Of a DNA stretch of 64,000 bases, positions 51,116-59,870 are shown piece by piece. Every line of letters starts with the position of its first letter. The first letter of the stretch is position 1. Origin of the DNA: an uncultured Veillonellaceae bacterium (GTDB lineage: Bacteria > Bacillota > Negativicutes > JARBTT01); the NCBI GenBank assembly GCA_963805085.1, contig CAWDTA010000004.1:224001-288000 (forward strand). The letters run 5' to 3'. The translations under genes were made by a program, and so were the position numbers. The notes beneath the pieces are model-generated. The model did no database searches. It saw only the letters and a program-made list of their open reading frames with translations, and was not told the DNA's origin.

Positions 51116-51835
51116 TTATAAAACTCTTGCAAGAAATTCTTTAGTTCTTTGATTTCTGGGCTGATTAAATATCTCTCCCGGCGTGCCTTCTTCTACAACA
51201 TACCCTTTATCCATAAAAACAACGCGATCGGCAACATCTCTTGCAAAGCCCATTTCATGCGTTACTACAACCATTGTCATCCCGTCAGCGGCCAATTGCT
51301 TCATAACCTCTAAGACATCGCCAACCAACTCCGGATCAAGTGCTGAAGTCGGCTCATCAAACAGTAGCATTTTCGGCTGCATTGCTAAAGCCCGTGCAAT
51401 GGCAACACGTTGCTGCTGCCCACCTGAAAGAGTTGAAGGATAAACATTTGCTTTGTCGGCTAAGCCAACCTTTCTTAGCAAATCCATTGCTAATTCCTCA
51501 GCATCTTCTTTTTTCATCTTTTTGATATTGATTGGTGCATACGTTATATTTTTTAGCACGGTAAACATTGGAAACAAGTTGAACTTTTGAAATACCATGC
51601 CAACTTCTTGCCTAAGCTTTTTACTATCTAGATCAGCATCCAGAATAGTTCCGTTATAATACATTTTCCCACTGGTCGGAACTTCAAGAAGATTTAAACA
51701 ACGAAGAAATGTACTTTTCCCTGAACCGGATGGACCAATAATACAAACAACCTCTCCGTCCTCGATATACATACTGATGCTTTTTAGCACTTCCAAATCG
51801 CCGAACTTTTTCTCCAACTCAAATATGTTAAACAT
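51116..51835 (-). CDS. Polar amino-acid ABC ATPase (GlnQ-like)
   Basis: [38 protein letters not shown]. Confidence 0.95.
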   Translation of the reverse strand: MFNIFELEKKFGDLEVLKSISMYIEDGEVVCIIGPSGSGKSTFLRCLNLLEVPTSGKMYYNGTILDADLDSKKLRQEVGMVFQKFNLFPMFTVLKNITYAPINIKKMKKEDAEELAMDLLRKVGLADKANVYPSTLSGGQQQRVAIARALAMQPKMLLFDEPTSALDPELVGDVLEVMKQLAADGMTMVVVTHEMGFARDVADRVVFMDKGYVVEEGTPGEIFNQPRNQRTKEFLARVL

Positions 51836-51884
51836 TGTTTACGCCTCCTGTCTTCCGTTTAAAATTGGTATTTATAGAAGTATG

Positions 51885-52110
51885 GAACAAAAAGCAAAGA
51901 ACCTTAACCAGCATCTTTGCTTTCATCATAAAAAAGATGCTAAACGACATAAGATATTTCTATCCTATCCATTTAGCATCTTTGCTCAGCCTATTTTTTT
52001 AACAGTTTATCTGCTTTCTTTGCTTATTGGTTATAGCTTTATGATAACAGAGTCCACGCACACTGTCTATAGGTATATTTAACAGTAAGGAGCCCAGACC
52101 TTTGTGCAAA
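51885..52110 (-). promoter_or_regulatory. Long structured leader with two AGC-AAAGAT-GCT hairpins, each overlapping a terminator-like stem
   Basis: agcatctttgct at 51975-51986 and 51910-51921; promoter TTGAAA..TACAAT near 52110-52138. Confidence 0.5.
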
Positions 52111-52167
52111 TTGTATAATCAAAATCTGATATTTCAACTATTTCCTACTAACTATGAAGAAATCTAA

Positions 52168-52923
52168 CTATTTATATTGCCAATGGCAAATTTTCTTCTC
52201 CAAAATATCGATGATACCAAACAAGATCATTCCAATCATACTGAGTACAACGATTCCCGAATACATCTCTAAGTAATTGACCCGTAGCCATGCATCCATA
52301 ATGAAATACCCCATGCCATATTGGGTACCAAAAGTTTCCGTGAAAAATAGCACGGAAATCGAAGTAGCCATCGCTACGCGAATAGAACTAAGAAACTTCG
52401 GCATCGAAGCCGCTAACAGGATCTCACAAAAAACATCCCAAAAGCTAGCCCCCAATGAATATAAAGGATAATAAGTTTCCTTTGGTATACTTTTCACGCC
52501 ATCCCGTACTGACACAATCACTTGAAATACAATAATCAAGAAAATCATCAACACTTTTGCCAGTTCACCGAGTCCACAAAGTAGCATAAGTATCGGCAAT
52601 AAAGCAATTTTAGGAATTGGATAGGTTAAGTATACGAGTGGCGCTAAGATCCGGTCACATTTCGGAAAATACCCCATACACATGCCAATCGGTACCCCAA
52701 CGATAATCGCAAATGTAAGTCCAGCAACCATCCGCCCTAAACTATAGAAGCCATGAATTGCGATATATTTCATGAAAATATCAACTAAATTTTCAAGCAC
52801 AAGGAATGGCGAAGGAACAATTGGTAAATGAATGATTCTTGCCATGACATACCACCCTGCAAAAAAAAGAAAAAGTCCTAAAATATACCACAGGAAAGTT
52901 CGTTTTTCTAACAATTTGACCAA
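52168..52923 (-). CDS. NitT/TauT-type ABC permease
   Basis: YPIPKIALLP, LFFTETF. Confidence 0.9.
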   Translation of the reverse strand: MVKLLEKRTFLWYILGLFLFFAGWYVMARIIHLPIVPSPFLVLENLVDIFMKYIAIHGFYSLGRMVAGLTFAIIVGVPIGMCMGYFPKCDRILAPLVYLTYPIPKIALLPILMLLCGLGELAKVLMIFLIIVFQVIVSVRDGVKSIPKETYYPLYSLGASFWDVFCEILLAASMPKFLSSIRVAMATSISVLFFTETFGTQYGMGYFIMDAWLRVNYLEMYSGIVVLSMIGMILFGIIDILEKKICHWQYK

Positions 52924-53663
52924 TCCTCTTTAATAAAATTTCGTAGCTGTAAACTCAACTCAAAAAATTCTCGTTTATTGCGAATATCGACTACACCAAA
53001 CAGTGGATTATCAATAATCTTACTGATTCTCCCCGGCTCTGTAGATAAAATAACAATTTTCTGACCTAAGTAAACCGCTTCCTCTACATAGTGGGTCACT
53101 AAAACGGTAGAAACTGCATTATTTTTCCAGACCTCTAAAAATAAATCTTGAATTTCTTCCCTTGTAATCGCATCCAAAGCGGAAAATGGTTCGTCCATAA
53201 GTAGTAAATCTGGCTTGAGCAAAAATGCGCGCGCTAAACTCACACGTTGTTGCTGACCACCACTCAGTTCGCCTGGATAGCGCTGCCCTAAGCCATCAAT
53301 TCCCAGTTGTTTCATAATAAAATCAACAGGATTCTTATCTATTTTTTCTTGTTTATTTTTTATCTTTAGCCCTAAACAAATATTTTCGTAAACGTTTTTC
53401 CAAGGTAGTAAGCCATAATTCTGCGGAATAAAACCAATTTTCTGCCGTGTTGGCGAAACTGCCTGACCATCAATTTCTACGGTTCCCGTAAAATTGGTAA
53501 TAATGCCAGCCATGACCTTTAATAAAGTTGATTTTCCCGAACCCGATGGACCAATAATCGCACAGGTTCCCCCCATCGGAATCGATAACTGAATATCTTT
53601 TAGTGCCGTATAAGTTTCCTGAGAAGATTGATATACAACGGATAAATCTTTTATTTCAATCAT
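52908..53663 (-). CDS. NitT/TauT-type ABC ATPase
   Basis: [28 protein letters not shown]. Confidence 0.93.
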   Translation of the reverse strand: MIEIKDLSVVYQSSQETYTALKDIQLSIPMGGTCAIIGPSGSGKSTLLKVMAGIITNFTGTVEIDGQAVSPTRQKIGFIPQNYGLLPWKNVYENICLGLKIKNKQEKIDKNPVDFIMKQLGIDGLGQRYPGELSGGQQQRVSLARAFLLKPDLLLMDEPFSALDAITREEIQDLFLEVWKNNAVSTVLVTHYVEEAVYLGQKIVILSTEPGRISKIIDNPLFGVVDIRNKREFFELSLQLRNFIKEDWSNC

Positions 53664-53669
53664 AGTGCA

Positions 53670-54611
53670 TCACTTAACAAACCGATCTAAGACTAGATCT
53701 TGATATGAATAAATCTTTTTGATTAGGTTTTTCTCTTTTAACCAACTGATGCAATCATTTACATCTTTCTCAGTTGGAATTGCAGCCTTGTTATATTTTG
53801 GTAATACCAAAGAACCTTTGACCGAAGGAGGAAAGCCACCCTTTTCAATCAATAAATCAATATAATTTTCTTGTGGTTCTTTTTCTAAATAAGCAATTGC
53901 CTTATTATATGCCCGATACATGGCTTGCAATTCTTTTTCTTTTTCTGTTGTCGCTTGATTCGTAAACATCATTACGCCAGGATTGATTCCTAATTTATCA
54001 GAGCTATTTATGAGTTTAGCACCATTGCTAATCGCGATACTCGCCATTGGTTCAGGTAAAGTCACCGCCGCAATTTTACCGTTTTGTAACATTTCTAAAC
54101 GAGTTGGAATTTGAGGAATAACCACTTTGTTCAGATCCGTATCACTCATACTCGCTTCGGTTAAAATTTTATCGGTCACATACTCAATAATTGTATTCTT
54201 AGAAATGGCAACATCTTTACCCTTTAAGTCAGCGACACTCATTGCTGACTCATCCTTACCAGCGACCAATTTATAACTGCCACTTGTCAAAGAAGTAATT
54301 TTTACATCAAAACCACCTTCTTTGGCAAATGCCACCGCTAGCATATCTGAAATTGCACCATCTAGATTACCACTCTGCAATGCACTATCCCGATCCATTG
54401 CGCTTTTAAATGACTTTAAGGTAACATTCACTTTTTCTTCTTTAAAATACCCCTTTTCCTGGGCAATAATAAATGGAATCGAATCAACATCTGGCATCAC
54501 ACCAATCGTTAATTCTTGCATTTTTTCTGCTTTTGGTGCGTTTTTTTCCCCGCATCCACTTAACGTAAACAGCATAACTCCCATAAGTATGACTACTAGA
54601 AATTTTTTCAT
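53670..54611 (-). CDS. NMT1/NlpA-like ABC substrate-binding lipoprotein
   Basis: LSGC lipobox; PFIIAQEKGYF; LPEP. Confidence 0.88.
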   Translation of the reverse strand: MKKFLVVILMGVMLFTLSGCGEKNAPKAEKMQELTIGVMPDVDSIPFIIAQEKGYFKEEKVNVTLKSFKSAMDRDSALQSGNLDGAISDMLAVAFAKEGGFDVKITSLTSGSYKLVAGKDESAMSVADLKGKDVAISKNTIIEYVTDKILTEASMSDTDLNKVVIPQIPTRLEMLQNGKIAAVTLPEPMASIAISNGAKLINSSDKLGINPGVMMFTNQATTEKEKELQAMYRAYNKAIAYLEKEPQENYIDLLIEKGGFPPSVKGSLVLPKYNKAAIPTEKDVNDCISWLKEKNLIKKIYSYQDLVLDRFVK

Positions 54612-54717
54612 ATGATGTATCCTCCGTTTTTCATTAAATTATCTCTAAAAATTTTTCACTCTAATTATTTATCATACACCAAAATTATGCACTTGCCAAT
54701 TCTCCTTGCTATACGAG

Positions 54718-54883
54718 AAACTATAGACAGATAGGCCGCAGGCCGGCGATAAGCACTCATCTGCAGCGTTGAAATAAGGGACTGTTCGTCGACGTACACA
54801 AGTACGACTCCTTCACAGCCCCTTATTTCGCCTTGCATCTAAGCACTTCTCACCAACCGGCGACCTATCTTCGTACTAGTTTA
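54718..54883. repeat. GC-rich long imperfect hairpin element (REP/MITE-like)
   Basis: Nested pairs agatagg/cctatct, gaaataaggg/cccttatttc, cgtac-acaa-gtacg. Confidence 0.55.
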
Positions 54884-54937
54884 CAAGTGGAACGATTTTT
54901 TTATTTTTTCGTTTTTTAATTCATTCGAGCCGCAGGA

Positions 54938-55585
54938 TTACGCGCGTGCATTTATTATTGCTTCGATAAAGGTTGCAGCTGCCTTGCTTACCTTGCCATA
55001 GTCTCCATCTTTTTTATGCGCTTTCGTGATATAACTACCAACGCCAACAGCAACACAACCAGCCGCTAACCACTCACCAACATTCTCCGGCGTTACTCCG
55101 CCAAAAGGCACGATTGGTGCGGTCGGCATCGGAGCCTTTAAGGTTTTTACATATTTCGGTCCATAAAACTCTGCTGGGAATAATTTTATAATGTCAGCTC
55201 CCGCAGCCATGGAATCTGCGATTTCTGTAGGCGACATTGCTCCCGATACCGTAATTGCCTGATAGCGGTTCGCCATACGAATCATATCGACATTAAAACT
55301 CGAACTTACCAGCATTTCCGCTCCAGCCAAAAGCGCTGCACTGGCATTTTCGGCATCTAAAACTGTACCAACACCAATCACAATCCCTTGACTGCTGTAT
55401 TTACTTGTTAATTTTCTAATGATATTAAGCACATCTGGAACTGCAAAAGGAACTTCCAAAGCTCTTGCCCCGCCAGCAATCGCCGCTTCAGCAATCTTAT
55501 AGGCATCTTGTGCATCATCAGACCGAATAATCGCGATCATCCCACATTCATGAATTGCTTTTAAATTTTCTAATTTTTTCCACAC
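54938..55585 (-). CDS. eda: KDPG/KHG aldolase family
   Basis: IAIIR, GVGTVLD, SPTEI, KLFPA, PFGGV. Confidence 0.85.
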   Translation of the reverse strand: MWKKLENLKAIHECGMIAIIRSDDAQDAYKIAEAAIAGGARALEVPFAVPDVLNIIRKLTSKYSSQGIVIGVGTVLDAENASAALLAGAEMLVSSSFNVDMIRMANRYQAITVSGAMSPTEIADSMAAGADIIKLFPAEFYGPKYVKTLKAPMPTAPIVPFGGVTPENVGEWLAAGCVAVGVGSYITKAHKKDGDYGKVSKAAATFIEAIINARA

Positions 55586-55835
55586 GATACATCTCTCCTT
55601 GTAACTTTCATAAAATTTATTGTAACCTTCCCCACTAACCCACGTTTAATCATCCACGAAAAAATGCAGGTAGAAATGTTTAAATCGTTTCCACCTGCAT
55701 TTTGCAGCGATACTGCATGAACTTCTTCTCGCTGTCTAATCTTAACGAATTAAACTACAACTTATTTCAAAAAAACAATCACCGATACAAAATTTTGAAA
55801 AAGAGACACTGCTTACTGCTTATAGAAAGCGCATT

Positions 55836-56714
55836 TTATAGACCGTAATATTCGAGCATTTCTTTTATTTTGGGTATTGCTTCTGCCTTTGGTTCTGTAA
55901 CTGGAAGTCTACAAGGACCAACAGGCATATTGGATAATACCAAAGATTTTTTTAATATTGATGGAACAGTTGCCAATTTTAAAACACTACGCAGCATTTC
56001 GATCTTTTGTTGCGCTGCCTCAGCTTCTTCCACCCGGTTGTTGATAAAGTTCTCATAGATGGCAACATCATTTCTGGTCAAAAGGTTTGCCGTTGCGGCA
56101 ATGGCTCCTTTTGCGCCGACTTTAAGCGCTTTTAAAATCAAAGAATCTGAGCCAGAAAGTACCGCAAACTTTTGATCTTTTGACGCATTGATATAACCTT
56201 CTATATTGTCAATATTACCGCTGCTATCTTTAATACCAATAATATTCTTTACCTTTGCTAATTCAGCAACCGTTTCGATAGCAATGTTAATTCCCGTGTT
56301 TTTAGGAATATTGTATAAAACAATCGGAATCTTTACTGCTGCCGCAACAGCTTTATAATGACAAATCAATTCTTCTTGAGATGGTACTAAGAAATATGGG
56401 GTGATAACCGACAATGCATCAGCACCAAGTGCTTCCATTTGTTTAGATAATTCAATGACTTCTGTTGTGCTATTTCCACCGGTACCAACATAAACTGGAA
56501 CTCTTTTACGAGTTTCATCGATCACACATTTCGCGAATTCTACTTTTTCTTGATTGTTTAACAGATGAAATTCACCGTTTGTCCCAAGAATAAAAATTCC
56601 ATAAACGCCATCCGCAATTAATTTGTTAACCAATTGTTTTGTCGCCTGAAAATCAATTTTCTGATTTTCATCAAAAGGAGTGACCATCGCCACGATAATC
56701 CCTTTTACGTCCAT
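55836..56714 (-). CDS. DapA/NanA-family pyruvate aldolase
   Basis: LGTNGEF, LYNIP, GIKDSSG; GTNGE rather than DapA GTTGE; catabolic operon. Confidence 0.88.
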   Translation of the reverse strand: MDVKGIIVAMVTPFDENQKIDFQATKQLVNKLIADGVYGIFILGTNGEFHLLNNQEKVEFAKCVIDETRKRVPVYVGTGGNSTTEVIELSKQMEALGADALSVITPYFLVPSQEELICHYKAVAAAVKIPIVLYNIPKNTGINIAIETVAELAKVKNIIGIKDSSGNIDNIEGYINASKDQKFAVLSGSDSLILKALKVGAKGAIAATANLLTRNDVAIYENFINNRVEEAEAAQQKIEMLRSVLKLATVPSILKKSLVLSNMPVGPCRLPVTEPKAEAIPKIKEMLEYYGL

Positions 56715-56740
56715 TTTAAGCCCTCCCTTTTTAACAAATC

Positions 56741-57367
56741 TCAAGATACGACTTGTTTTAATTCCTCTTTAATCCCTTGACCTAGCGATCCCCCCGGGTG
56801 CCACTTTACATACTGCTCTTTCGTCAAACCTTTTTCTGTTTGCAGTGCAATACTCAAGGCTTGTAAAATTATCATTTCTGCTAATATAGATACACGAGGT
56901 GCTTTATCTAGCACATCGCCTTCCGCATGCACACCAGCAAAAAGAGATACATCACTTATATTTGCTAACCAAGAATCTGCATTACCACTCACGGCAATAA
57001 TCTTTGCACCATTTCTTCTTAACGTTTCTACGGTAGCTTTTAATTCATTTGTTTCACCACTATTTGATATAGCAATCACAACATCGCCTGGTAAAACTTG
57101 ACCGGCTGAGCCATGCACCGCTTCAGTACCATGTAATTCATAAGTCGGTGTTCCTGTAGATGAAAATAGCGATGCAACATATCCAGCAACATGACCCGGT
57201 TTACCAATCCCTGTTACATGAACTCTGTTCTTATTTCTTTCTGCATCTAAAATTAGATCTTTTGCTTCTTCAATACTTTTTAGCTCCAGTTGTTCAACAA
57301 AATTATCAATTTCTGCAATAAAAGTTACAACATAATTTTGCAAAGCTTCTTTATTGCGTAAACTCAT
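56741..57367 (-). CDS. SIS-domain sugar-phosphate isomerase (KpsF/GutQ-like, no CBS)
   Basis: TGIGKPGHVA, EAVHGS.G, ISNSGET, WHPGGSLG. Confidence 0.9.
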   Translation of the reverse strand: MSLRNKEALQNYVVTFIAEIDNFVEQLELKSIEEAKDLILDAERNKNRVHVTGIGKPGHVAGYVASLFSSTGTPTYELHGTEAVHGSAGQVLPGDVVIAISNSGETNELKATVETLRRNGAKIIAVSGNADSWLANISDVSLFAGVHAEGDVLDKAPRVSILAEMIILQALSIALQTEKGLTKEQYVKWHPGGSLGQGIKEELKQVVS

Positions 57368-57440
57368 TATAAATTCTCCTTACCTATTCTTAAATTATTC
57401 TTAGCAGTTTTTTCACTTTATTTTAATGTAACCTGTACTA

Positions 57441-58703
57441 TCATTTGAAAATACTTAACAGGCTATTAACTATCATACCAACAACATTATAGTCGACATT
57501 TGGGAATGTTGATCCAAGTACACCCATTTCGCCATACAATGGATATAATACCACTGGCAAGAAGGCTAATAGTAATCCAACCGTAAAGGAACCTACTACA
57601 GCACCTCTCCAACCACCAAATGCATTTCCAAATACCCCTGCAGTACCGCCAGAGAAGAAGCAGATATGTGCTGCTGGAATAATTACGACTGGGGATTTTA
57701 AAAGAACCATTGTGATAATCCCAAATAAACCTGCTGCATAAGAACAAAGGAAACCGACGATAACAGCCGTTGGTGCGTATGGGAATACGGTTGGTACGTC
57801 TAATGCAGGACGAGATCCAGGAATAAATCTTTCAGAAATCGCAACGAACGCTTCTGTAATTTCTCCTAAGAACATACGTACACCAGTCATTAATACGGAC
57901 ATACCAGCTGTAAACATGAATGCTTGTAAACCAGGGAATACCAACCAATGTGCTGAACCAGCTAATGTTTTAACAAAATCTGGGCCTGATGCCAAAGCTG
58001 AAACATACATTAATAACATCATAACGAATGCACAACCCATTAAGAAATCACGGAAGAAAGACAACCATTTAGGAAAACTGATATCTTCTGTTGTTTTGTC
58101 GCCCCACTTTGAAAAAAACAATTTTCCGATATAACCAGATAATGCATAACCAAGCATGTTAAAATGGCCAATCGCTTGGTCATCACTACCAGTCATTTTA
58201 CGCATGAAAGGTTGGCAAATCTGTGGCAAAAATGCCGAACAGAAGCCTAGGATCGTACCCCCTGTAAAAATTGCTACAGCATCGCTAAATCCGTGAAACT
58301 TTAAAATCAAGCCTAGTACACAAGCAAAAAACAAGCTATGTCCACCTGTGAAGAATACATTTTTAAACGGTGTAATCCGTGCAAAAACGAGGTTCATAAT
58401 AAATCCTAAAATCAAAATAGAAGAGGTTACAAAGCCATACTTACTTTGCGCTAAAGCTGTTGCAGCCTCTGGCGATGTAATTACCCCTGAAATATGGAAC
58501 CCAGCTTGGAACATCTTATTAAAATTCTGTAATGCTCCTGTCATTGTTCCTGCTCCGATACCAAATATCAAAAAGCCGATCGCTGTCTTAGAAGCTCCAG
58601 TAATGATTTCTGTTCCTGATTTCTTCTGTGCCAAAAGTCCAATAAAGGCAACTAAGCCTAACAGGATCGCAGGATTACTCAATAAACTAACTATAAAATC
58701 CAT
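57441..58703 (-). CDS. PTS EIIC, ascorbate (UlaA/SgaT) family
   Basis: VFFTGGH, AIGHF, GVRMFLGEI, PALDVP.VFPYAPTA, GVFGNAFGGWRG. Confidence 0.92.
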   Translation of the reverse strand: MDFIVSLLSNPAILLGLVAFIGLLAQKKSGTEIITGASKTAIGFLIFGIGAGTMTGALQNFNKMFQAGFHISGVITSPEAATALAQSKYGFVTSSILILGFIMNLVFARITPFKNVFFTGGHSLFFACVLGLILKFHGFSDAVAIFTGGTILGFCSAFLPQICQPFMRKMTGSDDQAIGHFNMLGYALSGYIGKLFFSKWGDKTTEDISFPKWLSFFRDFLMGCAFVMMLLMYVSALASGPDFVKTLAGSAHWLVFPGLQAFMFTAGMSVLMTGVRMFLGEITEAFVAISERFIPGSRPALDVPTVFPYAPTAVIVGFLCSYAAGLFGIITMVLLKSPVVIIPAAHICFFSGGTAGVFGNAFGGWRGAVVGSFTVGLLLAFLPVVLYPLYGEMGVLGSTFPNVDYNVVGMIVNSLLSIFK

Positions 58704-58734
58704 GATTTCTGCCTCCAATATATATAATATTTTT

Positions 58735-59060
58735 GCCAAACCACCACTTTACATGGTGGTTTATCTTATCTTTATAAGTTCTTGATTGCTTGCTACGCCC
58801 CAAAACTCGTATTACAAGTAAGGGACCTTTAGCTTAAAAATTATTCAATAAATTCTGATATTTTTAATTTTGACAAAATACGCATACATTTTCATCTGCC
58901 CACACAATATTTCTTCTATATTTTGGAGTATAAATTGTATGTTACTGGCATTTTTATCTTGTATATGCTAGACTTAATTTGTGTATTTTACACGCCTTCT
59001 ATAATGATATTGGTTTGCGACACCAATACCGCTTGATTATAGGAGGTTTTTTTTACCTAT
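58735..59060 (-). mobile_element. Degenerate, internally deleted IS200/IS605-family element
   Basis: Decayed TnpA N-terminus SLAYTR*KCQ*HTIYTPKYRR (cf. SLAHTKWNCKYHIVFAPKYRR); left hairpin cctcctataat..attatagaagg; right hairpin aaaccacca/tggtggttt. Confidence 0.75.
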
Positions 59061-59103
59061 TAGCACTATCGTCGCAATGCTTTTGAAAGTTTTGTTTTTT
59101 TTA

Positions 59104-59388
59104 TTAAGCTTCAGCTATGAAAGCGTTTAACTTCGTCAGAATTTCAGTCTTATCCATGATATTGTCAATACCAATGATCTTCTGCGATAATTTTTTTGCT
59201 TCTAATTCTTTTGCAACATCACTCAATGTAATAATTAAAGCGCCATTGTACCCAGCAATCGAATCTAGTGAACCATGTTCAATTTTGATTGGCAGCTTAT
59301 TTTCATTAATTACTTGATTTAATTTGATTTTCAACATCAAACTCGATCCTACACCTGCGCGGCAGGCAACTAATCCTTTAAATTCCAT
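59104..59388 (-). CDS. PTS EIIB (UlaB-like)
   Basis: ACRAGVGSSLML. Confidence 0.9.
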   Translation of the reverse strand: MEFKGLVACRAGVGSSLMLKIKLNQVINENKLPIKIEHGSLDSIAGYNGALIITLSDVAKELEAKKLSQKIIGIDNIMDKTEILTKLNAFIAEA

Positions 59389-59404
59389 TTTAATCATCCC
59401 TCTT

Positions 59405-59848
59405 TTATAAATTTTTTATATATTGTATTACTTCAGACGCATCTTTAGCTTGATCCAAAAGCTTGTAGAAATCTTCACATTCTAACAGCCCCGTCAAATC
59501 TGATAGAGCATTGATATGACTTTCACTATCCTTGGCACTTAAGCAGAACAAGTATTTGACTGGATCATTTTCTTTATTTCCAAATACAACCGGCTGCTTC
59601 AATGTTGCAATACCGATAGCACTTTCAATTGCCCCAGCCTCAGACCGAGCATGTGGTAAGGCAACGTGCTTCGTAATGACGATATATGGACCAACTTCTT
59701 TCACGGTACTTATAATTGCCTCGATATAGGATGGCTTTATCTTTCCATTTTGCAATAGCGCATCTGCTGCTTGGCGGATTGCATCTTCCCAATCTTTCGC
59801 ATCGATATTTAAGCGAACAAGCGCTTCACTAGTTAAATCCTTTAACAT
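59405..59848 (-). CDS. PTS EIIA (UlaC-like)
   Basis: DWEDAI, GPYIVI, ALPHAR, NDPVK. Confidence 0.92.
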   Translation of the reverse strand: MLKDLTSEALVRLNIDAKDWEDAIRQAADALLQNGKIKPSYIEAIISTVKEVGPYIVITKHVALPHARSEAGAIESAIGIATLKQPVVFGNKENDPVKYLFCLSAKDSESHINALSDLTGLLECEDFYKLLDQAKDASEVIQYIKNL

Positions 59849-59870
59849 TCTCCCCTAGCCCCTCTTTCTA

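Noticed and set aside
55836-56714. Gene symbol dapA (lysine biosynthesis)
   Set aside because: GTNGE motif and location in a sugar-acid PTS operon
57441-59848. Ascorbate utilisation operon
   Set aside because: Family-level similarity only; no UlaG/UlaD/UlaE/UlaF homologs
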